Of a DNA stretch of 63,783 bases, positions 19,824-27,705 are shown piece after piece (position 1 is the stretch's first letter; every line of letters starts with the position of its first letter). The notes beneath the pieces are model-generated. The model did no database searches. It saw only the letters and a list, made by a program, of their open reading frames with translations, and had not been told where the DNA came from. The stretch lies in the NCBI GenBank assembly GCA_964603655.1, contig CAZRVZ010000037.1, positions 1-63,783 of the forward strand, written 5' to 3'. The DNA is from an uncultured Pseudobdellovibrionaceae bacterium (lineage in GTDB: Bacteria; Bdellovibrionota; FAC87; UBA2466). The position numbers were made by a program, and so were the translations under genes.

Positions 19824-20953
19824 AACGCGGACGGTAGGGCGATGGCATCAAGTGTCTCCCGACACAAGAGACCTTTGGCCATCTCAAATGCGAAGAGATT
19901 GCCATAGTTGCTCATCGCGTAAAAGACCCCCTCGGCGGGACTCGATGCCAGGCCTGCGAACGTTCCGGCACCCAGCCTTCGGTGCCATACAACCTCACCG
20001 GTAGCGACATTGAGCGCGTAGACTGGATCGCTCGTCGTTGAAAAAAGAATTAAATCCTTCACGCGTACCGGCGCTAGGCCATGTCCAACTTCGATCGGAG
20101 TTTTCCAAACCGGTGTCCCGGAGTTGCGATCCATCGCATAAAAAAATCCGTTCAGCCCTGAAAAGTAAAAACGATCGCCTTCAACCAGAAAGGAATCATG
20201 GCTTCCAACGGCAAAGCTCCACAGCGTGGATCCGTTATCGCGGTTGAGATGGTAAAGGTTACCATCGAACGCGGCGACCAAAACCCCTGCGCCATCGGCA
20301 AACACCGGCATATCTACGTCATAAAATCGCGCCCGAGTTTTCAATTTTTTCGTCCAGAGGACTCGGCCATCTTCAAGAGACAGCGCTACCAGGTTCCCGT
20401 CGGCAAATCCCTGATACACGACATCCCCGTAAATCGAAGGGGACGCCGTACCTCGAATCACCATCTTTTCATCACCACGGCGGGAATAGTGCCAAAGCTC
20501 GCGGCCGTCCTTTTCACTAAAACAATAAATCTCCTCAGCGCTGGTACTGGCACAAACCTTTTCGCGTTGAATCGCCGGAGGCGACAGCCACTCCGACTGA
20601 ATCTTCACGGTCCATGAAACGACCCCGTCACGAGCGTTTAGTGCGGTCAGAAATCCGCCCGTATCACCCACAAACAGCTTAGATCTGCCGTAGCTCAAGG
20701 CGCCGGAAACTCCGAACTTCACCCGGGTTTCCCACACCGGTATCCCCTCCGCCCGCTTCAATGCGCGTACCAACCCCTGACTGTTAGCGATGTACAGGAG
20801 ATCCCCCACGACCAGCGGGCGAGTCGACTCCTGGGAGATAATCTCAAATTTGCGTTCTTCGTGAGTCGAGAGCGTCCAGGAGTTGATCATGGGAACCCAG
20901 CCGGCCGCAGCTGCGAATGTGGAAAGTAAAAGAAAAAGCGGGATAACACTCAT
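19787..20953 (-). CDS. bamB: outer membrane protein assembly factor BamB (PQQ-like beta-propeller)
   Basis: Signal peptide, repeated W/G propeller-blade motifs, and position directly downstream of a YfgM-like gene. Confidence 0.7.
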   Translation of the reverse strand: MSVIPLFLLLSTFAAAAGWVPMINSWTLSTHEERKFEIISQESTRPLVVGDLLYIANSQGLVRALKRAEGIPVWETRVKFGVSGALSYGRSKLFVGDTGGFLTALNARDGVVSWTVKIQSEWLSPPAIQREKVCASTSAEEIYCFSEKDGRELWHYSRRGDEKMVIRGTASPSIYGDVVYQGFADGNLVALSLEDGRVLWTKKLKTRARFYDVDMPVFADGAGVLVAAFDGNLYHLNRDNGSTLWSFAVGSHDSFLVEGDRFYFSGLNGFFYAMDRNSGTPVWKTPIEVGHGLAPVRVKDLILFSTTSDPVYALNVATGEVVWHRRLGAGTFAGLASSPAEGVFYAMSNYGNLFAFEMAKGLLCRETLDAIALPSAFWPHPSGSPCRT

Positions 20954-20973
20954 CGAACCGATGAACTCCTTAG

Positions 20974-21690
20974 TTAAGCCTTCGGGGCGAAGCTTGGGCT
21001 CTTGAGCCTGCGAAGCCCATTTTTTGCAAGCTTTGAATACTCGGAGCTCGCAAAATCGACGGTGATTTTAAGATAAGTGCTCTCGGCCAGCGCGACATTC
21101 CCATGGGTTTCATAAGCCCCCGCGAGCTTGAAAAGCGCGAAGGGTCGGGCATCTCCGGGAAGCTCCGCGGCGATCCGAAATTCGGAAATCGCCAAATCCA
21201 TTTGCGCGCCCAGTTCCAGTGCGGACCCGTAATTGATACCCAGGAGCTGTTTTTCAGTGGGAAGTAGACCGGAGAATTTCCGCGCCTTCGCGTACCAATC
21301 GGCCGATTCATTGGAGATTGGTTTGGCCTTTTCCGCGTCCGTAAATGACAACTTGCGGGAGTCGTCAAACAGGTGGTCGGCAACACGGACTGCGGCAATA
21401 AATCCAGGACGTAGGCCCGAGTGGGCTTCATAAACCTTCTTATACTCCTCCCAACGTTTCGCCTCATCCAACTTTTCCGCCGCGTGGAGCGCGGTCCACC
21501 CCCGGGTCAATCGTTTGGACTGCCAGGAGTCGTAACCATAAAATGCCACCACGCCCGTGGCCGTAAGGGAAAGCATCAATACGAAAAAGGACCTGCGTTC
21601 CAAAAGGAAACCCAGAACGGTACTTCCCTTTTTTACAAATGCATCCGGAGTGCGAAGCTCTTTTCTGTCGATGCGCGGCGGTTTATTCAA
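20974..21690 (-). CDS. YfgM-like membrane-anchored TPR protein
   Basis: Single N-terminal TM segment (FFVLMLSLTATGVVAFYGY), helical TPR-like remainder, upstream of bamB as in proteobacteria. Confidence 0.6.
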   Translation of the reverse strand: MNKPPRIDRKELRTPDAFVKKGSTVLGFLLERRSFFVLMLSLTATGVVAFYGYDSWQSKRLTRGWTALHAAEKLDEAKRWEEYKKVYEAHSGLRPGFIAAVRVADHLFDDSRKLSFTDAEKAKPISNESADWYAKARKFSGLLPTEKQLLGINYGSALELGAQMDLAISEFRIAAELPGDARPFALFKLAGAYETHGNVALAESTYLKITVDFASSEYSKLAKNGLRRLKSPSFAPKA

Positions 21691-21846
21691 ACGTTTGGCT
21701 CCTATTTTTCAAACGAGGATACTCCAAAACGAGCCCAAGTCAAAACGGTCTCGGGCGACCCTCCGACTTTAAACGATTGAACTTGCCGGACTTTTTGAAA
21801 CCGCTACAATGGTTGCCAGAGTAAATTGAGGCACAGGTGGTTATTC

Positions 21847-22326
21847 ATGAAGAAAATCGGTCTGGTACTGGCATTTTCAGTTGTCGCAAATCTCTCGGCC
21901 AAGAATCTCGAATCCCGCTTTGGATTCGGTGTCGCCAGCACCGGATTCAACGACCTGGCCGCCATGAGCCTGCGGTACCATTTCGACTCGTTTCTGAGCA
22001 CCGCATTCCAGGTCGGGTTTAATACCGACGATTCAAACAACTCGATCCGAATTGGAGCGAAAATTTGCAGAAACGTGTCGATGGAGGAGAATGTCAATTT
22101 TTATCTCGGTGCTGGCCTATTCACGATTGCGGACAAACAGAAAGACTCGACTTTGAGCGGAGGGATCGAACTCGACGGAATATTTGGAATCGAGTTTTTT
22201 CTCTCCGGCCTCCCCTCGCTCGGAATTTCCGTCGAGACGGGACTGGCCCTGCGCTCACTGCGAAGCGTTACTTTCCAGGCGTTCGGTTCAGCATTCGGCG
22301 GCGCCGGTATTCACTATTATTTTTAG
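21847..22326 (+). CDS. small outer-membrane beta-barrel protein
   Basis: Trimmed to MKKIGLVLAFSVVANLSA (signal peptide). Alternating strand pattern. C-terminal ..GIHYYF beta-signal. Confidence 0.65.
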   Translation: MKKIGLVLAFSVVANLSAKNLESRFGFGVASTGFNDLAAMSLRYHFDSFLSTAFQVGFNTDDSNNSIRIGAKICRNVSMEENVNFYLGAGLFTIADKQKDSTLSGGIELDGIFGIEFFLSGLPSLGISVETGLALRSLRSVTFQAFGSAFGGAGIHYYF

Positions 22327-22366
22327 GTTCATAGTCGACAAGTGACAACCGAATAGGCGGGAAAGT

Positions 22367-22642
22367 TTAGCCCCGTTTTTTCTTGGGTTTTGGTGACTCC
22401 CAACGGGTGAAACGACCGCTTGCCACTTCCTTTTCAGCACTTTTTAGCTTTTTTAGAATATCAGGCTCCGTTTCCAGAATATCCAAAGTTTCCAATATCG
22501 ACTCGTATTCCTCAAACGGAATCAAGGCGCTCACCGGCACCGAATCTTTGACAACAACAAAAGACTCACCCAGTTCTACATTTCTGCGCGATAACTCCAG
22601 GAGTTTTTGTTTAGCCTCCGTAATCGAAATAATTTGTGCCAT
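22367..22642 (-). CDS. Phd/YefM family antitoxin
   Basis: MAQIISITEAKQKLLELSRR..VVVKDSVPVSALIPFEEYESILETLDIL is a typical Phd/YefM fold sequence. Confidence 0.8.
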   Translation of the reverse strand: MAQIISITEAKQKLLELSRRNVELGESFVVVKDSVPVSALIPFEEYESILETLDILETEPDILKKLKSAEKEVASGRFTRWESPKPKKKRG

Positions 22643-22644
22643 CG

Positions 22645-22917
22645 TTACCTCCTCAGTCGTTCATAAGCTTCTTTACGGTGGTGAATTCTCAAGATACTCA
22701 CCACCACCTCTTGTTTGTGAATCGTGTAAATAACTCGATAGATACCGACTCGAAATGACCAATAACCCTTAAGATCCCCACGAAGGCTTTTTCCTTGGCG
22801 GGGGTCCTGCTGAATCAGGGAAAGTGCGTTATCCACCTGCACTCGATGTTTCCCGGTCAACTCTTGGTAAAATTCACCAGCCTGTTTCGAAAGGCGAATG
22901 GCCCACATAGTGGACAT
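22645..22917 (-). CDS. RelE/ParE family toxin
   Basis: KSLRGDLKGYWSFRVGIYRVIYTIHKQEVVVSILRIHHRKEAY matches the RelE/ParE core (G-YR-iY...v..i.hR..vY). 90 aa. Confidence 0.8.
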   Translation of the reverse strand: MSTMWAIRLSKQAGEFYQELTGKHRVQVDNALSLIQQDPRQGKSLRGDLKGYWSFRVGIYRVIYTIHKQEVVVSILRIHHRKEAYERLRR

Positions 22918-23102
22918 TATAATGGACAGTTAAAAAATAATCAAATCGCAGGAGTTGGGCCATTCAAGACGAGGGTCGGCAATGGCGACCTGCACCGACC
23001 CATCCGCCCTGAATTCCACGAGAATACGCTGTCTACGTTCTGCGTATCGACGCATGACGGCGTTAGCGGTTATAATATAATTGACGTTTTTATTGAGCCT
23101 TT

Positions 23103-23858
23103 ATGCTGCATCGCAACCTAATTCCGCTGTTGGTTTTAGCGACGTTTCTACTCATTCCTCCACTCGCATGGGCTGAGAGCCAGGAGAACGAGTACAAGGG
23201 CATCACCGACCCTTTCGGGGATCCCGCTAACTACGAATTTGCCGAGGATGAAAAAGAGGACAAGGAGTTTTTCCATTTGGGACGCTACCTCATGTTCGGT
23301 TTCGATGTCGGCGCGGGCATTTTTACGATGGGGCTCGGGCGCAACACCGATGCCGCATTTTATGGCGGCGCCCGCTTGATCTACTTTTTCGACAAACACA
23401 TCGGCTTCGAAGTGGCGGCCCATTACGCCCGCCACTTGGGCCAGATTTCCAATGGCTCATCCATCGCCGAATTGGACGTACAGCTCATCCCTCTTACCGG
23501 CGCATTTCGTTATTATTTTGAGACCAAGGAGTCGCCGAGGGCCTTGGCAATCGCTAACCCTTACGTCGTCATGGGCGCGGGCTCCTATTACAGATCCCAG
23601 CGGCCGACCAGTGATCCGGGCTCCATTATCAGCGGAGAGAGCGAGGGCACTAACTTTGGCCTCCAGGCCGGGGGCGGGCTCGAATTCAGTATTTACCGAC
23701 GACACGTCTACCTGGGCATCGATTTCCGCTACCACGCCGTGTTTTTCGAGGATGAAGATGGCATCGTCGACTCAAATACCGGCCAATTAACCATATCCGG
23801 TGACGACCGTTCCGGAGACTACATTACCTCGGCACTGACCCTCACCTATAATTTCTGA
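23103..23858 (+). CDS. outer-membrane beta-barrel protein
   Basis: Signal peptide LLIPPLAWA, alternating beta pattern, terminal ..LTLTYNF beta-signal. Confidence 0.7.
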   Translation: MLHRNLIPLLVLATFLLIPPLAWAESQENEYKGITDPFGDPANYEFAEDEKEDKEFFHLGRYLMFGFDVGAGIFTMGLGRNTDAAFYGGARLIYFFDKHIGFEVAAHYARHLGQISNGSSIAELDVQLIPLTGAFRYYFETKESPRALAIANPYVVMGAGSYYRSQRPTSDPGSIISGESEGTNFGLQAGGGLEFSIYRRHVYLGIDFRYHAVFFEDEDGIVDSNTGQLTISGDDRSGDYITSALTLTYNF

Positions 23859-23925
23859 TACCCACCCTGCAATTGATGCCACCGTAATCGTTGACGCTAT
23901 TCACTGGAGCCACAATGATAGCCCG

Positions 23926-25086
23926 GTGTCGCGCGTGCCGGTTGCTATATTAATTCTCTTATTAATTCCGTGTTGGGTCATCGCATGGCTTTACGAGGTC
24001 GACATTCGCACCGCCTATTCGGCCATCTCGCGAATCCCCACGGAGCTCGGCTCGATCTACGGCCCGGCGCGCGGCCCCGAGCTCGGGCGCTATTTTTATC
24101 CTCCGTTTACGCTCGTTCTTTTTTCACCGCTTTCCAGGCTCCCGTTTCTGGAGTTCAAGTTGGTTTGGATGGCGCTCCAAACCGCAAGTTACGGCGTGTT
24201 TTGGTGGTGTCTTTATAAACTTTACCCGACCATCTTCCGCTCTCCTTGGCCCGCAGTCTGCGTAATCGTCATCGCCATCAACCCTATTCATAATAATTTT
24301 CAGAGCAACAATATCCAGATATGGCTCGCGGCAATTCTGCTCGCAGCGGAATTGATGTCCCGTGCGGAGTCTCGGAGGACCGCATTTTCCGCGGGGCTTT
24401 TGGTCGCGCTCACCGTACACATCAAGGTATATCCTGTGTTTCTGGCGCTTTACTATTTTCTGACCGCGTGCCGTTCCATGCGGTGGGGAATCCTGTCGGG
24501 CGGTCTGATTTTCCTTGTCTTACCATTTGGTTTTTTCTCACCCGAGTCCGCAGTCTCACTCTACCGGGGTTTTTTCGCGAACCTGACCACCTATGGCGCC
24601 GAAAACTCCCTCACGGTGGTTCCCGATATTCTGTGCCTTCCCTCGCTGATCGCCCGAACACTTTCGGCGTGGTTAACACCGACCCAGATCGCATCCACCA
24701 CCGCCATGATCACGAGCGTGGTAAGTGGCGCTTTCCTGTTATGGGCGTGGCGCAGGCGATCCAAACCCACTCCGACCACGTGGGAGATGGCCTGGCTGCT
24801 CATGGCCCTCTTGAACCCAAGCACCCGGGTTCACTATTTTATTTTTTATGTGCCGGCCTTCTGCCTCTGGACGCAGTCATTGTCCCGAAAAAACATTCTC
24901 AATTCCGCAGCTTTTGCGACAAGCGTGGCCCTCATCGCATTCACCACAGAGTTTGTCGTGGGCAAGAGCCTCAACAATCGCCTGGAACAATTGAGTTTAC
25001 CCACCTGGGGCATCTTGATTCTGGCGGCCGGAGTATTCTCCCGGATCCGGAACCAGAGTAATTCTAGCCACCCGCAATTTATGTAG
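23926..25086 (+). CDS. polytopic membrane protein, possible GT-C glycosyltransferase (DUF2029/GT87-like)
   Basis: About 10 hydrophobic helices. HIKVYPVFLALYYF region resembles DUF2029-type mannosyltransferases. GTG start. The family call is weak. Confidence 0.4.
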   Translation: MSRVPVAILILLLIPCWVIAWLYEVDIRTAYSAISRIPTELGSIYGPARGPELGRYFYPPFTLVLFSPLSRLPFLEFKLVWMALQTASYGVFWWCLYKLYPTIFRSPWPAVCVIVIAINPIHNNFQSNNIQIWLAAILLAAELMSRAESRRTAFSAGLLVALTVHIKVYPVFLALYYFLTACRSMRWGILSGGLIFLVLPFGFFSPESAVSLYRGFFANLTTYGAENSLTVVPDILCLPSLIARTLSAWLTPTQIASTTAMITSVVSGAFLLWAWRRRSKPTPTTWEMAWLLMALLNPSTRVHYFIFYVPAFCLWTQSLSRKNILNSAAFATSVALIAFTTEFVVGKSLNNRLEQLSLPTWGILILAAGVFSRIRNQSNSSHPQFM

Positions 25087-25122
25087 TGTTTGACACTACA
25101 TCTTGTAGTGTGATACACTACA
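25082..25122 (+). promoter_or_regulatory. tandem palindromic operators upstream of brnTA
   Basis: Two 19-bp sites with identical half-sites: TGTAGTG-TTTGA-CACTACA (25082-25100) and TGTAGTG-TGATA-CACTACA (25104-25122). They end 7 nt before the brnT ATG. Confidence 0.65.
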
Positions 25123-25128
25123 AACGGA

Positions 25129-25422
25129 ATGCACGAAATCACCTTTGATTGGGATCAGTGGAATATCCAAAAGAACGAGGGTAAGCATGGTGTTTCGCGT
25201 ATGGAAACCGAGAGTGCCTTCTTCGATCCGCGGTATCGACTGTTTGAAGACCGCAAGCACTCCAGTCCTTCCGAGAAGAGATTTATCCTTTATGGTAAGA
25301 GTTTGGAACAGAGAATTCTCATGGTTGGATTTACGTTAAGGCGGACCCAGGTAAGAGTGATTACGGCCAGGCCCGCTTCTCGAAGAGAAAGGGAACTCTA
25401 TGAAAAAGAAACCACGAAGTAA
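25129..25422 (+). CDS. brnT: BrnT family ribonuclease toxin (DUF497)
   Basis: FDWDQWNIQKNEGKHGVSRMETESAFFDP...RILMVGFTLRRTQVRVITARPASRRE is a typical BrnT sequence. Confidence 0.8.
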   Translation: MHEITFDWDQWNIQKNEGKHGVSRMETESAFFDPRYRLFEDRKHSSPSEKRFILYGKSLEQRILMVGFTLRRTQVRVITARPASRRERELYEKETTK

Positions 25423-25684
25423 GCCTCGTTTATTGAGTGAAATCAAAGCATACGATTCTGCCGATACGTCCAATTGGGTGGACGCTTCAAAGCCTTTAAC
25501 ATTCGAAGATATCGATTTGAAATTGCCAGCAACCGCGCCCACACAGGTAGTCTCGATTAGACTGCCTTCCGCACTATTGAATGAACTCAAGGCAATCGGC
25601 TCGCAAAAGGACGTTCCTTATCAGGCCCTGATCAAGTTGTTCCTTTCGGAATCGGTAGCGGAGATGAAGAAGAGGTCTGCGTGA
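25400..25684 (+). CDS. brnA: BrnA antitoxin (CopG/RHH-like)
   Basis: Overlaps brnT by 23 nt. C-terminal VSIRLPSALLNELKAIGSQKDVPYQALIKLFL ribbon-helix-helix region. Confidence 0.8.
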   Translation: MKKKPRSKPRLLSEIKAYDSADTSNWVDASKPLTFEDIDLKLPATAPTQVVSIRLPSALLNELKAIGSQKDVPYQALIKLFLSESVAEMKKRSA

Positions 25685-25699
25685 GATTTTGTCTCCACC

Positions 25700-26518
25700 C
25701 TAAACTTTCCAAATCAAACTGATCCCAACGATCACGATCGCCAGCACCAGGCGATACCAGGCAAAAAGTTTCAAGTCCGCGTTTCTAAGATAGATCAAAA
25801 GCCCGTGAATGCTGATCAGGCCGAAGACTAGCGAGGTCGAAAAACCGATGAGGCAGTACTCCCATGAAAATTCCGATCCAATGGCCCCCGACAATTTTCG
25901 AAACTCGAACAGGCAGGCCCCCAGGGTGATCGGGAATGAGAGCAAAAACGAAAAGCGGGCGGCCGCCTCGCGGGAAAGGCCTATTAGTCGACCCATCGCG
26001 AGCGTCGACCCGGAGCGAGACACTCCGGGGATAATCGCAAATGCCTGGGCCAATCCTATAGACATCACATTTCCCAGGGTCAGATCATCCATTTTCTTCA
26101 GCCCGGGAAAGCTGGCATCGATCCAATACATGACGAATCCAACCCCGGCGAGCATCACAGCGATCAGAAGTGGCGATCGAAACACAGTCTCCGCGAATTC
26201 GTGAAAAAAATAGCCGGCCAGGGCGGCGGGGATGCTCCCCACCACCAGGAACCAAAAGGTAAGACGTGTTCTATCAAACCCGATGTGTCGCTCTATAATG
26301 CTGGCACCCCCCGCCTGAACAAGCACAACCCACTCCCTGAAAAAATAAAAAAAAACCGCCAACAGCGTGCCCAGATGCAAAAACACATCGAACACCAGCC
26401 CGGGGTCCCTCCAGTTAAACAGCCAAGGAAGAATCACCAGGTGGGCGGAGCTGCTCACCGGAAGGAATTCGGTAACCCCTTGGACAAACCCTAAAATGGC
26501 GGCCTGAAAAATTTCCAT
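25700..26518 (-). CDS. uppP: undecaprenyl-diphosphate phosphatase
   Basis: MEIFQAAILGFVQGVTEFLPVSSSAHL N-terminal signature and PGVSRSG motif. Confidence 0.95.
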   Translation of the reverse strand: MEIFQAAILGFVQGVTEFLPVSSSAHLVILPWLFNWRDPGLVFDVFLHLGTLLAVFFYFFREWVVLVQAGGASIIERHIGFDRTRLTFWFLVVGSIPAALAGYFFHEFAETVFRSPLLIAVMLAGVGFVMYWIDASFPGLKKMDDLTLGNVMSIGLAQAFAIIPGVSRSGSTLAMGRLIGLSREAAARFSFLLSFPITLGACLFEFRKLSGAIGSEFSWEYCLIGFSTSLVFGLISIHGLLIYLRNADLKLFAWYRLVLAIVIVGISLIWKV

Positions 26519-26547
26519 GCAGAATTATCTCAAAAAAGCGCCAGCCA

Positions 26548-27705
26548 CTACTTGGCTGAAACGATGGGCTTAACGGAATTATAATGCTCAAAGAGCCCTT
26601 TCAAAAGCCCAAGATTGATGGCGGGCACGCGGTTGTTATTGGCCCCCTCCATATCCACGGCCCGGGTCATCGAGTTCAGAATTGCCTCTTCGGTGGCCTC
26701 GATCACCGCCTTGTAGGCCGGATCGAGGTAGTGGTCCAGTATCATCGTGAATTGAACCTGCGGCTGAGTCGGCTGGCGGGGCACAATGTTTGCCGTTGAA
26801 AACCCGATGATAATTTCACCGCTGGAATGGGCGCCATAACTTCCAACCCGACCGATTCCGAGAGCCGCTCGCCGACAAATACGATTTATCTGCATCGATG
26901 TCAGCGGCATATCGGTGGCAACGACCGCGATGATAGAGCCGTAACTCGAGGTCCGCCTGGAGTACCCGCCCTGCGTTGCCGCCAGCACCCTGCCAACCGG
27001 GTAGCCATCGACACGAAGGTGTTCCATGACTCCAAAATTCGACAGTACCAATACGCCCAGCGTGTAATTCACCTCGCCCATCGGCACGATACGACTCGCC
27101 GTTCCGATTCCCCCCTTAAGATCGCAGCAGACCATCCCCGTTCCGGCTCCGACCGCTCCCTCATCGACAGGTCCATCAGTGGCAGATTCCAGCGCCGAAA
27201 AAACGGTCTGCGGCTTGATGTGCAAACCAACCGCGTCGTTTAAAAAACTATCGTCGCACTCCCCCACCACCGGGATGATGACCTCCTGAAAATCCCTTAT
27301 CTGACTGTACTTTTGGGCCATCCATTTGATGATACTGTCGGAAACCCGCCCGACCGACATTGTGTTGGTCAGAGCGAGCGGCGTCTCCAGAAATCCCCAT
27401 TCCATTATCTGAGTCAGCCCGGTGACTTCACCGGCGCCACTTAAGATGAACCCACCGCTCACCAATTTTTTTTGGTAGATGTCGTCGTTCGGAATGATGA
27501 CGGTCACGCCCGTTCTCACCGGACCGTTACCGGGCTTTCTGCGCCCGGATCCCTCAATCAGAGTCGAGTGGCCGACCCGAATCCCGGGCACGTCGGTAAG
27601 GGCGTTTTTAGGACCCGGCTGATACTCACCAACATGAATTCCCAGATCGCGCAGGCGACACCGTCTGGTGCCTTCGTCCCGATAACGTTCAAACAGATTG
27701 CTCAC
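26548..27705 (-). CDS. P1/S58 family peptidase (DmpA/BapA-like aminopeptidase)
   Basis: N-terminal ALTDVPGIRVGHSTL and a central GAVGAGTGM region typical of DmpA-type Ntn hydrolases. Its start overlaps the stop of the upstream ATP-grasp gene by 4 nt. Confidence 0.75.
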   Translation of the reverse strand: MSNLFERYRDEGTRRCRLRDLGIHVGEYQPGPKNALTDVPGIRVGHSTLIEGSGRRKPGNGPVRTGVTVIIPNDDIYQKKLVSGGFILSGAGEVTGLTQIMEWGFLETPLALTNTMSVGRVSDSIIKWMAQKYSQIRDFQEVIIPVVGECDDSFLNDAVGLHIKPQTVFSALESATDGPVDEGAVGAGTGMVCCDLKGGIGTASRIVPMGEVNYTLGVLVLSNFGVMEHLRVDGYPVGRVLAATQGGYSRRTSSYGSIIAVVATDMPLTSMQINRICRRAALGIGRVGSYGAHSSGEIIIGFSTANIVPRQPTQPQVQFTMILDHYLDPAYKAVIEATEEAILNSMTRAVDMEGANNNRVPAINLGLLKGLFEHYNSVKPIVSAK

